In this document: positions 49,362-59,346 of the stretch, in pieces | Layout of the letters: each line of letters begins with the position of its first letter | Numbering within the stretch: the first letter of the stretch is position 1 | Assembly (NCBI GenBank): GCA_965650395.1 | Contig: CBFGON010000001.1 | Location: 1-61,939, forward strand | Reading direction: 5' to 3' | Source: an uncultured Qipengyuania sp. | GTDB taxonomy: Bacteria > Pseudomonadota > Alphaproteobacteria > Sphingomonadales > Sphingomonadaceae | Length of the DNA: 61,939 nt | The notes under the pieces: model-generated | Seen by the model: only the letters and a program-made list of their open reading frames with translations | Told to the model about the DNA's origin: nothing | The model's database searches: none | Translations under genes and position numbers: made by a program

Positions 49362-50792
49362 ATGGCGGACGATCGCAAGGCCGAAATGGAAGCCGTCCTG
49401 CGCAAACAGAGGTCAGCTCATCACCAGATGCGCCCCGAACCTATGGAATTGCGCAAGGACCGGATCAAGCGCGCCATGGATCTGCTCACCAAACATGGCG
49501 ATGACTTGTGCAAGGTGATGGGCGCCGACTTTGGCAGCCGTTCCCCGCTACAATCGATGATCACCGACATTGCCGGCACTGTCAGTTTTGGCAAATACTG
49601 TCTCAAGCGGATGGATCATTGGGCCAAGGCAGAAAAGCGGCATGTCCAGTTTCCGCTCGGTCTGCTCGGCGCCAAGGCCGAGCTTCGGTACGAGCCCAAG
49701 GGCGTGGTTGGTATCCTTTCGCCGTGGAACTTCCCGGTCAATCTCAGTTTTGGCCCGCTTATGCAGGTCTTTGCCGCGGGCAACCGTGCGATGATCAAAC
49801 CGAGCGAGTTCACAGAGAGGACCAGCTTGCTGATGAAGGAACTGGTAGAGGAGTATTTCACTCCTGACGAATGCGCCGTGTTTACAGGCGGCCCGGACGT
49901 GGCACATGCCTTTAGCACTTTGCCATTCGACCACCTCGTTTTCACTGGCTCAACTGCGACCGGCCGGAGGGTAATGGAGGCAGCTGCGCAGAATCTCGTG
50001 CCTGTGACGCTTGAACTCGGAGGCAAGAGCCCGGTGTTCATGGGCGAAAGCGCTGATTTCGCCAAAGCCGGCGAACGGATTGCGCTAGGTAAAATGATGA
50101 ATGCGGGTCAGATATGCTTGGCACCCGACTACCTGTACGTCCCTGAAGGCAAGCAGGACGAAGCGATTCACGGCGTTTGGCAGGGTGCAGCCAACATGTA
50201 CCCTATGCTGCTTGAGAACGACGATTATGCCAGCATCGTGACCGACCGTCACTTCGACCGCCTGCAAAGCCTTGTCGCCGATGCGCGGGACAAGGGCGCA
50301 GAGGTTATCGAGGTCAATCCAGGCAATGAGGATTTTTCGAACACGAATAGTCGGAAGATGCCGCTGACCATTCTCAAAGGGGTGACCGGCGACATGAAAG
50401 CAATGCAGGAGGAAATCTTCGGCCCGGTCCTGCCAGTGAAGACCTACACGCAGATCGATGACGCCATCGACTATGTGAACGAGCACGATCGACCGCTGGG
50501 CCTCTATTACTTTGGCGAGAGTTCGGCGGAACGCGACAAGGTTCTTACCCGCACGATAAGCGGCGGCGTGACGGTAAATGACGTCATTTTCCACGTCTCG
50601 ATGGAAGACCTGCCCTTTGGCGGCGTCGGGCCAAGCGGGATGGGCAGCTATCACGGTGTCGAAGGCTTCCGCGAATTCAGCCATGCGCGCAGCGTTTACA
50701 CCCAGCCCAAGATCGATGTTGCAAAGTTGGGAGGGTTTAAGCCCCCCTATGGACCCGCGACTGCCAAGGCCATCAAGACAATGATGAAGTGA
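49362..50792 (+). CDS. Aldehyde dehydrogenase, coniferyl-aldehyde dehydrogenase (CalB)-like
   Basis: PKGVVGILSPWNFP, KPSE, FTGSTATG, LELGGKSP, NAGQICLAPDY, EEIFGP, PFGGVGPSGMGSYHG. Confidence 0.9.
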   Translation: MADDRKAEMEAVLRKQRSAHHQMRPEPMELRKDRIKRAMDLLTKHGDDLCKVMGADFGSRSPLQSMITDIAGTVSFGKYCLKRMDHWAKAEKRHVQFPLGLLGAKAELRYEPKGVVGILSPWNFPVNLSFGPLMQVFAAGNRAMIKPSEFTERTSLLMKELVEEYFTPDECAVFTGGPDVAHAFSTLPFDHLVFTGSTATGRRVMEAAAQNLVPVTLELGGKSPVFMGESADFAKAGERIALGKMMNAGQICLAPDYLYVPEGKQDEAIHGVWQGAANMYPMLLENDDYASIVTDRHFDRLQSLVADARDKGAEVIEVNPGNEDFSNTNSRKMPLTILKGVTGDMKAMQEEIFGPVLPVKTYTQIDDAIDYVNEHDRPLGLYYFGESSAERDKVLTRTISGGVTVNDVIFHVSMEDLPFGGVGPSGMGSYHGVEGFREFSHARSVYTQPKIDVAKLGGFKPPYGPATAKAIKTMMK

Positions 50793-50984
50793 CGCGAGCC
50801 AATCTGGGGGCTCTCGTTCCAATCACGCAAACTGGGAAGCGACGGCCTGGACAAAGTTTGCGGAGCGGTCGCCCCCGAATGCGGTTTGAACAAAATTTGC
50901 GTGACGCTCACTATGATACTGGTGCTTAAGTGACTAGTGCCGCGCAGCGTCAACCTTACGTGACGGTGAGAGATTCCGAAGTTC

Positions 50985-51917
50985 ATGCCCCATCATGCCC
51001 GCCCGAACCTGTTCCTGATCGGAACACCGAAGGCCGCCACGACCTCTTTAGCCGATTGGCTTTCACAGCATTCGATGATCCAGGTGCCTGCGGTCAAGGA
51101 ACCGTGGTATTTCAACGACGATCGTTCGACCGGTCATTACGTAGGCCAAGAGCGCAAGTATCTTGAACTGTTTCAGTGGCATGAAGACGTGCGCTACTAC
51201 GTGGATGCCACGCCGGACTATCTCTACTCGCCAAGTGCACTAGAGCAAATCGCAACGTTCTCCCAGGATGCACGCTATCTGGTCACGTTCAGGGCCTATC
51301 CGGACGCATATGTCTCGTTGCACCAGCAAGAGCGTTTCATGAATCTCGAAGCCATTGACGGTGCAGAGGCGGCGTTCACAGAGTGCAACGAGCGGAGACG
51401 ACAGGCCAAGCATTCAAAGCGGCCGGAGCTAAAGTCGCTGTTCTACGACGAAAGGTTGAGGATCGGGGCGCAATTGATGCGGGCATTGGAGTTTATCCCG
51501 CGTGACCACATCCTTTTCATTGACTTTTCGGTTATCAGGGACGATCCACAACGCGTCTGGCGCGAGGTTCAGATGTTTCTTGGCCTTCCGCTTGAGGAAA
51601 TTTCCTACGAGATAAAGAACTCTCGCAAGGCGGTCGCAAGCGGTCGGGCGGCGTGGATCATGCGGAGGGGTAAGGCAGTAAAAAGCGCCCTCGGCATAAA
51701 AGGCAAATCTCGATTGGCAGATGCGTTGCGCGAAAAGATGTCCCCACCAGCGGAGGACAGGCCGCAGATCGCGGAGAAATTCAGGGAACAAATCAACTAC
51801 CGGTTTCGCTATGACCGCGCGCTGGTCGAGCGGTTTGCGGCAAGCGGCCCGGCGGTGCTCGCGCAGGATTTCCTGACCGGTGCAGGCCAAGACATTTTCG
51901 GCGAATTTGCAAAGTGA
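50985..51917 (+). CDS. PAPS-dependent sulfotransferase family protein
   Basis: 5'-PSB loop PNLFLIGTPKAATTSL, KEPWYF, DATPDY, 3'-PB-like R..PDAYVS, VQMFLGL. Confidence 0.82.
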   Translation: MPHHARPNLFLIGTPKAATTSLADWLSQHSMIQVPAVKEPWYFNDDRSTGHYVGQERKYLELFQWHEDVRYYVDATPDYLYSPSALEQIATFSQDARYLVTFRAYPDAYVSLHQQERFMNLEAIDGAEAAFTECNERRRQAKHSKRPELKSLFYDERLRIGAQLMRALEFIPRDHILFIDFSVIRDDPQRVWREVQMFLGLPLEEISYEIKNSRKAVASGRAAWIMRRGKAVKSALGIKGKSRLADALREKMSPPAEDRPQIAEKFREQINYRFRYDRALVERFAASGPAVLAQDFLTGAGQDIFGEFAK

Positions 51918-52834
51918 CCGAGCTAGTGGCCGCACCTTACTTCTCGATCATCATCCCGGCTTATAACCGCTCTGAGGTTATCGGGGCAGCTCTTGATTCC
52001 TGCATAGAACAGACATTCTCCGATTTCGAGATCATCGTGGTCGACGATGGTTCGAACGACGGTGTTGCCTTGAGGAACACTGTTGAAGCCTATGGAGATT
52101 CCCGGATTCGCCTCATCGTTCAAAATAACGGTGGGGCCGCAGCCGCCAGAAACACTGGTATAAGTGCCGCCAAGGGATTGATGCTCGCCTTCCTCGATAC
52201 AGATGATCGCTTTCTGCCCGCCAAGCTGGAGACCTTTCGGAAGCTGATTGGCGACAGAGAGCGATTTGCCGGCTTCGCGCCTGCCTATGTGGACCGGGGC
52301 GAGCGCCACCAGATTGTCAGACCTTTCGAGCCATATCTGCCGGGCACCGATCTTGGTGAATACTTCTTTTCCCGCAATCATCTGATTCAAACATCAATGC
52401 TTGTGGTGGATCGCGCAACGGCAGAGCAGGTTTTGTTCGACACCGGCATCAAGGTCGGAGAGGATACCGACTTTTGTCTCGCCGTTGAGGCTTCAGGGTT
52501 GCAATGGGAAATGATCGCCGAACCGCTTTCGATTTGGTTTGACGAGCCGCGCGAAGGAAGGTCATCGGAATTTCGGGGCTCTGCCGGGCAAGGCTACAAG
52601 GATTATCGGACCTGGCAGCTGCTGTCGCGCAAGGCGCGCAAGGGTTACGAAGGTACGATTGTCGCCTTCCACACTGCTCCGCACAACAAACTGCGGGCAC
52701 TTCGCTTGATGATCGAAGGCTCACTAAAGGGCGGCGTGCCAATTAAAGTGACGGCCCGCCAATTCTTGAGAGCTTATGTGCCGCGGCGGCAATATCATCG
52801 GTTGGTTTCGATAGTGCTCAAAATGCGCTCGTGA
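51914..52834 (+). CDS. GT2-family glycosyltransferase
   Basis: SIIIPAYNR, EIIVVDDGSND, NGGAAAARNTG, FLDTDD, GEDTDF. GTGA overlap with the sulfotransferase stop. Confidence 0.9.
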   Translation: MTELVAAPYFSIIIPAYNRSEVIGAALDSCIEQTFSDFEIIVVDDGSNDGVALRNTVEAYGDSRIRLIVQNNGGAAAARNTGISAAKGLMLAFLDTDDRFLPAKLETFRKLIGDRERFAGFAPAYVDRGERHQIVRPFEPYLPGTDLGEYFFSRNHLIQTSMLVVDRATAEQVLFDTGIKVGEDTDFCLAVEASGLQWEMIAEPLSIWFDEPREGRSSEFRGSAGQGYKDYRTWQLLSRKARKGYEGTIVAFHTAPHNKLRALRLMIEGSLKGGVPIKVTARQFLRAYVPRRQYHRLVSIVLKMRS

Positions 52835-52954
52835 ATGCCATCCAACGTTGTATTGGACGTGGGCAAAGCCTTTATCGGTCCATCTCAATCCTTGCACCAC
52901 TAGGATGAGCAGCCTAGAGGCGAGCCCGAACCAAGCCCCCGTATGGAATCACAC

Positions 52955-53329
52955 GTGGTCGACCTCGAACAATACCTACCCATCCTGATCTTTCTGTTCA
53001 TCGCCGTAGCACTATCGGCGCTGTTCGTGTTCTTGCCGATGGGCGTTTCGCGCCTGACGGGCACGCATCAGCCGACTGCCGAGAAATACAGCGAGTATGA
53101 ATGCGGTTTCCCTGCATTCGAAGATCCGCGCAGCCAGTTCGACGTGCGCTTCTATCTGGTGGCAATTCTGTTCATCATCTTCGATCTTGAAGCGGCATTC
53201 CTGTTTCCTTGGGCCGTCAGCCTTGACCTCACCGGATGGCCAGGCTGGATTACCATGATGATTTTCCTGCTCGAACTGATCGTGGGTTTTGCCTACGCCT
53301 GGAAAGTCGGCGCACTGGAGTGGGAGTAA
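52955..53329 (+). CDS. nuoA: NADH-quinone oxidoreductase subunit A
   Basis: [35 protein letters not shown] 52955 preferred; ATG 52943 is possible. Confidence 0.96.
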   Translation: MVDLEQYLPILIFLFIAVALSALFVFLPMGVSRLTGTHQPTAEKYSEYECGFPAFEDPRSQFDVRFYLVAILFIIFDLEAAFLFPWAVSLDLTGWPGWITMMIFLLELIVGFAYAWKVGALEWE

Positions 53330-53333
53330 TCAC

Positions 53334-53900
53334 ATGAGCCAGTCGACCATTATCACGCCGCCCAACGCGGTTCCGGCAGCGCAGCCGGGCGACATTCGTC
53401 AGCCCGATGCGGATTATTTCAACGCGCTCCAGACTGAAGTGAACGACAAGGGCTTCCTCGTCACTTCGACAGAAGACCTGTTCCAGTGGGCACGCACTGG
53501 CTCGTTGTGGTGGATGACATTCGGCCTTGCCTGCTGCGCGGTCGAAATGATCCATGTCAACATGCCTCGTTATGACATGGAGCGGTTCGGCGTGGCCCCG
53601 CGTGCATCCCCGCGGCAGAGCGACGTGATGATTGTCGCCGGTACGCTCTGCAACAAGATGGCTCCCGCTCTGCGCAAGGTCTATGACCAGATGAGCGAGC
53701 CCAAATACGTCATTTCGATGGGCAGCTGCGCCAACGGCGGTGGCTATTACCATTACAGCTACAGTGTCGTGCGCGGCTGTGACCGGATCGTACCGGTCGA
53801 TATTTATGTGCCTGGTTGTCCTCCAACTGCCGAGGCGCTGCTCTATGGCGTAATGCAATTGCAGCGGAAGATCCGCCGCGTGGGCACGATCGAGAGGTAA
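53334..53900 (+). CDS. nuoB: NADH-quinone oxidoreductase subunit B
   Basis: [40 protein letters not shown]. Confidence 0.97.
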   Translation: MSQSTIITPPNAVPAAQPGDIRQPDADYFNALQTEVNDKGFLVTSTEDLFQWARTGSLWWMTFGLACCAVEMIHVNMPRYDMERFGVAPRASPRQSDVMIVAGTLCNKMAPALRKVYDQMSEPKYVISMGSCANGGGYYHYSYSVVRGCDRIVPVDIYVPGCPPTAEALLYGVMQLQRKIRRVGTIER

Positions 53901-53909
53901 GGGCGAGCA

Positions 53910-54785
53910 ATGACAACGCTACATTCCGCGCCCCGTTTCACGCAGATCGACGGGCTTGCTGGCACGCTTTCGGCGGCGCTGGGCGATCTCTTGATCGAAG
54001 CGCGCGAAGAATATGGGGAACTTCTGCTCCACGTCCGCCGTGAAGGGGTGGAAACGGCATTGCGCACCCTGCGCGACAACCACCAGTATCAGCAGTTGAT
54101 GGAAATTGCCGGTGCCGACTATCCCAGCCGCTCCGAACGGTTCGAAGTCGTCTACATGTTGCTTTCAGTCACGCTCAACAATCGCGTGATAGTGAAGTGT
54201 CGTGCTTCTGAAGATACGCCCGTACCGACCGTAACTACGCTGTGGCCCAACGCTGGCTGGCTCGAACGCGAAGTGTTCGACATGTATGGTGTGTTGTTCG
54301 ACGGCAATACTGATCTACGGCGCATCCTGACCGATTACGGCTTTGAAGGACATCCTTTCCGCAAGGACTTTCCGCTGACCGGATATGTGGAGCTACGCTA
54401 TTCGGAAGAGGAAAAGCGCGTCGTATACGAACCGGTCGAGCTTGCGCAGGACTTGCGTCAGTTCGACTTCATGAGCCCGTGGGAAGGCGCAGAATATACT
54501 TTGCCAGGCGACGAGAAGGCTGCGACGCCGCCCGTCGCTCAACCGAAGACTACGGAAGGCGCCAAGGACACCGGAGCTGGCGCGAAAACCGACGCCAAAG
54601 CCGCCGAAAAAGTCAGCGCAGGCGCTCCCGCCGAGGTAGAGAGCGGCAAGCCCACTTCTGTGCCCAACCCGAAGAAGGCTTCTGCAAAGAAGTCGACCGC
54701 CGCCAAACCGCCGGCAAAGAAGGCCCCTGCCAAGAAAGCTCCTGCCAAACGCAAGCCAGCAGCGAAGAACAAGGATGCCGAATGA
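53910..54785 (+). CDS. nuoC: NADH-quinone oxidoreductase subunit C with a long Lys/Ala/Pro-rich C-terminal tail
   Basis: [44 protein letters not shown]. Confidence 0.96.
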   Translation: MTTLHSAPRFTQIDGLAGTLSAALGDLLIEAREEYGELLLHVRREGVETALRTLRDNHQYQQLMEIAGADYPSRSERFEVVYMLLSVTLNNRVIVKCRASEDTPVPTVTTLWPNAGWLEREVFDMYGVLFDGNTDLRRILTDYGFEGHPFRKDFPLTGYVELRYSEEEKRVVYEPVELAQDLRQFDFMSPWEGAEYTLPGDEKAATPPVAQPKTTEGAKDTGAGAKTDAKAAEKVSAGAPAEVESGKPTSVPNPKKASAKKSTAAKPPAKKAPAKKAPAKRKPAAKNKDAE

Positions 54786-55324
54786 TGCGCCGCGTGCTGT
54801 TTCCCCTCATCGCCCTTTCGCTCGCTGCCTGTTCGAGCGAACCTGCCGAGCAAGAAAACGCTGACGATTTCGCCAATCGTATCGGCGGTGCCCAAACCAG
54901 TGTGACAAACGATCCGGCACAACCTTCGATGGATATGCCCAATACGGCGGCAGTTTCTCCTCCAGCGGGTGCGGACGTGACTAAGCTCGAGCAACTCCGC
55001 GATATTGCGGGCGTCAATCTCGGACCTCGTGAAGGTGGCTGCACGTTCATGGAAGGCAATCGCGAAATGTTGATCGCCGCTGGACTCAAGGAACCCACCT
55101 TGCCGGGCAAGGCCGTGATCCGCGTAGGTGGCGGCCTGACGCTGCTAGATAGCGGCCCGGGCGGTTTGGAGGCGATCAAGAAGGGCACGACTTTTAGTGG
55201 TGATGGGGTCACCGTTAGAATTGCCCCAGCAACTGGCGATGCCCAGAGCCGAGCGGCAAACGTTTCTGTCACGGACGCTGACGGCAAAACCGCGAACTAT
55301 TCCGGAAACTGGATCTGCGCATGA
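54782..55324 (+). CDS. Hypothetical lipoprotein inserted between nuoC and nuoD
   Basis: [17 protein letters not shown] lipobox; ATGA overlaps with both neighbours; two further Cys (GCTF, NWICA). Confidence 0.8.
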   Translation: MMRRVLFPLIALSLAACSSEPAEQENADDFANRIGGAQTSVTNDPAQPSMDMPNTAAVSPPAGADVTKLEQLRDIAGVNLGPREGGCTFMEGNREMLIAAGLKEPTLPGKAVIRVGGGLTLLDSGPGGLEAIKKGTTFSGDGVTVRIAPATGDAQSRAANVSVTDADGKTANYSGNWICA

Positions 55325-56538
55325 GTACGGGCCTTCATCTCGAAGAGTCGCCCACCACCGGCGATGAGACGATCACCAATTACACGATCAATTTCGGTCC
55401 TCAGCACCCCGCTGCGCACGGTGTTCTGCGCATGGTGATGGAGCTTGACGGCGAGATTATCGAACGGATCGATCCGCATGTCGGCCTGCTGCATCGCGGC
55501 ACCGAAAAGCTGATCGAATACAAGACCTATCTGCAGGCGCTGCCCTATTTCGATCGTCTCGATTACTGCAGCCCGCTGTGCATGGAGCACAGCTATGTCC
55601 TCGCGATCGAAAAGCTGCTCAATGTCGAAGTGCCCGAACGAGCGCAGTATTTGCGCGTGCTGTTCGCCGAACTGACCCGCATCTGCAACCATATGCTCAA
55701 CATCGGCAGCCACGTTATGGACGTCGGCGCGATGACACCAAATCTGTGGGTGTTCGAATTGCGCGAAGACTGCATGAACTTCTTCGAGCGCGTTTCGGGG
55801 GCTCGGATGCACGCGGCATGGTTCCGGCCGGGAGGTGTGCATGAAGATGCCCCTGAGAAGCTGCTGGTGGATATCGGTGAGTGGGTCGATACCCGTCTGC
55901 CCGAACTGTTTGGCGATGCGATGAGCCTGGTGCTCGACAACCGCATCTTCAAGCAGCGCAATGTCGATATCGCGCATGTCAGCCGTGACGATTCGCTGGC
56001 TTGGGGCTTCTCCGGCCCGATGATCCGTGCTGCGGGTATCCCGTGGGATCTGCGCAAGTCACAGCCCTACGACGTCTATGACCGAATGGAGTTCGACATT
56101 CCTGTCGGCACCAATTCGGATTGCTACGATCGGTTCGTGGTGCGCGTGAAGGAAGTTTACGAGAGCGCCAAGATCATCAAGCAGTGCCTCGCCCAGATGC
56201 CGAAGGGCCCGATCTGTTCCGACGACCGCAAAGTTGCGCCGCCCAAGCGGGCCGAGATGAAGCAGTCGATGGAAGCGCTGATCCACCACTTCAAACTCTA
56301 CACCGAAGGCTTCCATGTCCCGCCGGGCGAAGTCTACGTCGCAACCGAAAGCCCGAAGGGTGAATTCGGGGTCTATCTCGTCAGTGACGGGTCGAACAAA
56401 CCCTATCGCTGCAAGATCAGGCCGACCGCGTTCAGCCATCTTCAGGCGATGGATTTCATGTGCAAGGGTCATATGCTGCCAGACGCAACCGCCATTTTGG
56501 GCGCGATCGACGTGGTGTTTGGGGAGTGTGATCGCTAA
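55321..56538 (+). CDS. nuoD: NADH-quinone oxidoreductase subunit D
   Basis: [47 protein letters not shown]. Confidence 0.98.
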   Translation: MSTGLHLEESPTTGDETITNYTINFGPQHPAAHGVLRMVMELDGEIIERIDPHVGLLHRGTEKLIEYKTYLQALPYFDRLDYCSPLCMEHSYVLAIEKLLNVEVPERAQYLRVLFAELTRICNHMLNIGSHVMDVGAMTPNLWVFELREDCMNFFERVSGARMHAAWFRPGGVHEDAPEKLLVDIGEWVDTRLPELFGDAMSLVLDNRIFKQRNVDIAHVSRDDSLAWGFSGPMIRAAGIPWDLRKSQPYDVYDRMEFDIPVGTNSDCYDRFVVRVKEVYESAKIIKQCLAQMPKGPICSDDRKVAPPKRAEMKQSMEALIHHFKLYTEGFHVPPGEVYVATESPKGEFGVYLVSDGSNKPYRCKIRPTAFSHLQAMDFMCKGHMLPDATAILGAIDVVFGECDR

Positions 56539-57206
56539 TGGCTGATCGTGCCCCCGCACCCGATAGCCCCGAATTGCGCGAGCGTTGGGGTGGCTTCGAA
56601 TTCACCGATTCCTGGCGTGAACGCGCTGAAAAGGCGATTTCACGTTATCCCGAAGGTCGCCAGCGATCAGCGGTGATGGCGCTGCTCGACTATGCACAGC
56701 GTCAGGTCGGCGAGGAGACGGAGACCCAGGGTTGGCTGCCGCTGCCGGTGATCGAGTATGTCGCCGATTATCTCGACATGCCGGTGATCCGCGTGCTCGA
56801 AGTGGCGACGTTCTATTTCATGTACAACCTCGTCCCCGTGGGCCGGTATCATGTTCAGGTCTGCGGCACGACGCCCTGCATGCTGCGGGGCTCCGACGGG
56901 TTGATGGAGACCTGCAAGAAGCGCGGAATGAGCAAGGGTCATATTTCAGATGACGGCCTTTGGACGCTGACCGAAGTCGAATGCATGGGCAATTGCGCCA
57001 CTGCGCCGATGGTCCAGATCAATGACGACAATTACGAAGATCTGACGCCGGAGCGGCTTGATCATATCCTCGATGAACTGGCGGCAGGAAGGCAACCCAA
57101 AGCCGGTACGCAGGAGCCCGGACGCCATACCAGCGAGCCGGCCAACGCCTTGAGTTCGCTTAAGGAAATGGTCGATTCCAACCACGATTATCGGGGTGAA
57201 TGGTAA
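56538..57206 (+). CDS. nuoE: NADH-quinone oxidoreductase subunit E
   Basis: [32 protein letters not shown] (2Fe-2S ligands). Confidence 0.96.
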   Translation: MADRAPAPDSPELRERWGGFEFTDSWRERAEKAISRYPEGRQRSAVMALLDYAQRQVGEETETQGWLPLPVIEYVADYLDMPVIRVLEVATFYFMYNLVPVGRYHVQVCGTTPCMLRGSDGLMETCKKRGMSKGHISDDGLWTLTEVECMGNCATAPMVQINDDNYEDLTPERLDHILDELAAGRQPKAGTQEPGRHTSEPANALSSLKEMVDSNHDYRGEW

Positions 57207-57346
57207 TGGAAATCGCCACTATCCTCGTTGTTCTCGTCGTGTGCTTCATCGCCTGGAAGGTCTTGACCGGCATCGTCAAATTCGGATTGATCGGGCTGGC
57301 ATTGCTGGCCGGGTTCTATTTCCTGTCGCAAGGAGGCCTCGTCTGA
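57206..57346 (+). CDS. 46-aa hydrophobic membrane microprotein between nuoE and nuoF
   Basis: Manual translation: [51 protein letters not shown] overlap with the nuoE stop and TGATG overlap with the nuoF start. Shorter than any ORF in the track. Confidence 0.8.
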   Translation: MEIATILVVLVVCFIAWKVLTGIVKFGLIGLALLAGFYFLSQGGLV

Positions 57347-58638
57347 TGCTTGCTGACAAGGATCGCATCTTCACCAATCTCTACGGTTTTCAGGACTGGA
57401 GGCTGAAGGCTGCCGAGAAGCGTGGCGATTGGGATAAGACTGCCAAGTTACTGGAAAGAGGGCAGGATTCCATCATCGAAGAGATGAAGGCATCCGGTTT
57501 GCGCGGGCGGGGCGGGGCGGGCTTTCCGACTGGCCTCAAGTGGTCGTTCATGCCCAAGGAGAGCAGGGACGGTCGCCCCAGTTTTCTTGTCATCAACGCT
57601 GACGAATCCGAGCCAGGCTCCTGTAAGGACAGGGAAATTCTGCGCCACGAGCCGCACAAGCTGATCGAGGGCGCGCTGGTCGCCGGCTTCGCCATGCGTG
57701 CGCGGGCGGCCTATATCTACGTCCGCGGCGAGTTCATCCGCGAGGCTGAAACGCTGCAAATGGCTGTCGATGAAGCGTATGATTCAGGCCTGATCGGACG
57801 CAATGCGGCGAAATCAGGTTATGATTTCGACGTTTTCGTGCATCGCGGCGCCGGCGCTTACATCTGCGGCGAAGAAACCGCCATGATCGAGAGCCTTGAG
57901 GGCAAGAAAGGTCAGCCCCGTCTCAAGCCACCGTTCCCGGCAGGCGCGGGCCTCTATGGCTGCCCCACCACGGTCAACAATGTCGAGAGTATCGCGGTGG
58001 TCCCCACCATCCTGCGGCGCGGCGCAGCGTGGTTCGCCAGTTTCGGGCGCGAGAACAACAAGGGCACCAAGCTGTTCCAGATCAGCGGGCATGTAAACAA
58101 GCCCTGCGTGGTCGAGGAAGCGATGAGCATCCCGTTCAAGCAGCTGATCGACGAGCATTGCGGCGGCATTATCGGCGGGTGGGATAACCTGCTGGCGGTG
58201 ATCCCTGGCGGTTCATCGGTTCCGCTGGTGCCGGCGGCGCAAATCATGGATGCGCCGATGGATTTCGACGGGCTCAAAGAGCTCGGTTCGGGTCTCGGCA
58301 CGGCAGGCGTTATCGTGATGGACAAGTCGACCGACATCGTCCGCGCGATTTCGCGCATCAGCTATTTCTACAAGCACGAGAGCTGCGGCCAGTGCACGCC
58401 CTGCCGCGAAGGCACGGGCTGGATGTGGCGCATGATGGAACGCCTGCGCACCGGCGATGCGGCCATCGAGGAGATCGACATGCTGCAACAGGTCACCAAG
58501 CAGGTCGAAGGCCACACCATCTGTGCGCTGGGCGACGCAGCAGCTTGGCCGATCCAGGGCCTGATCCGCCATTTCCGCCCCGAGCTGGAGCGCCGGATCG
58601 AGGAACACAACGCCAAGTTTGCGGAGGCTGCGGAATGA
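57346..58638 (+). CDS. nuoF: NADH-quinone oxidoreductase subunit F
   Basis: [65 protein letters not shown]. Confidence 0.98.
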   Translation: MLADKDRIFTNLYGFQDWRLKAAEKRGDWDKTAKLLERGQDSIIEEMKASGLRGRGGAGFPTGLKWSFMPKESRDGRPSFLVINADESEPGSCKDREILRHEPHKLIEGALVAGFAMRARAAYIYVRGEFIREAETLQMAVDEAYDSGLIGRNAAKSGYDFDVFVHRGAGAYICGEETAMIESLEGKKGQPRLKPPFPAGAGLYGCPTTVNNVESIAVVPTILRRGAAWFASFGRENNKGTKLFQISGHVNKPCVVEEAMSIPFKQLIDEHCGGIIGGWDNLLAVIPGGSSVPLVPAAQIMDAPMDFDGLKELGSGLGTAGVIVMDKSTDIVRAISRISYFYKHESCGQCTPCREGTGWMWRMMERLRTGDAAIEEIDMLQQVTKQVEGHTICALGDAAAWPIQGLIRHFRPELERRIEEHNAKFAEAAE

Positions 58639-59333
58639 AACTCGCTAGCTTGACCCTGACTTTGCTTTCCTGCCTCAGCCTGGCGGTGAGCCCGGCCTAT
58701 GCGCAGGACAAGAAGACCGGTTCCAGATTCAAGGAAGATCGTTTTAGTGCGCAGGAAGGGCGTGCACGCCTTGCGCTGGATTTTTATGGAGAATGCGTTG
58801 CAAGAATAAAGGCTGACGAGTTCGTCGCCTATATGCGTGATCCGTCGAACGAAACATGGAAAGCAGTCACCTACTTTCCCAACCACACTACGCGATGCGT
58901 TAATCAGGACATGCAGGCCAGCTCGCGTACCGTGCAGGGTGCGATTGCAGAAGGCTGGTACCTGTTCGTTTATCCAGACGGTCTTCCCCCGGCACTGGCA
59001 TCATTTGCTCCTCGCCTCCCTCCGCAAGAACCTGCTATCGCCGAGATACTGGCTGCCAGCGAACAGATGCGACCGTTCATCATTGTCGATGAGTTCGCCC
59101 GATGCGTGGTCGCGGCAAATCCGGTCAAGAGCGACGCCTTTCTGAGAACGCATGTTGGCGAAGATGACGAAAAGCGGGCGTTCGCTCAATTATCGCCTAA
59201 TCTTGGACAGTGCGCATTCGAAGGACAAAAATTGTCCTTTAACATGACCGGGTTTCGGGGGGCGCTGGCCTATGCCATGGCCGAACTGGTGCTGAATCCG
59301 ACGATGCATGATGTACAGACCGGTGCTGACTGA
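58635..59333 (+). CDS. Hypothetical secreted protein, two Cys-pair repeats (nuo insert, paralogue 1)
   Basis: Signal peptide [23 protein letters not shown]; ATGA overlap with the nuoF stop. Confidence 0.75.
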   Translation: MKLASLTLTLLSCLSLAVSPAYAQDKKTGSRFKEDRFSAQEGRARLALDFYGECVARIKADEFVAYMRDPSNETWKAVTYFPNHTTRCVNQDMQASSRTVQGAIAEGWYLFVYPDGLPPALASFAPRLPPQEPAIAEILAASEQMRPFIIVDEFARCVVAANPVKSDAFLRTHVGEDDEKRAFAQLSPNLGQCAFEGQKLSFNMTGFRGALAYAMAELVLNPTMHDVQTGAD

Positions 59334-59346
59334 AGGAGAGGAAGCC

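Noticed and set aside
50795-50818. Short hairpin after the aldehyde dehydrogenase (GAGCC...GGCTC)
   Set aside because: Only a short stem and no U-tract.
57196-57345. Apparent 50-aa N-terminal extension of NuoF in the ORF track
   Set aside because: NuoF starts at ATG 57346 ([14 protein letters not shown]) after AAGGAGG. The upstream bases encode the 46-aa microprotein in another frame.
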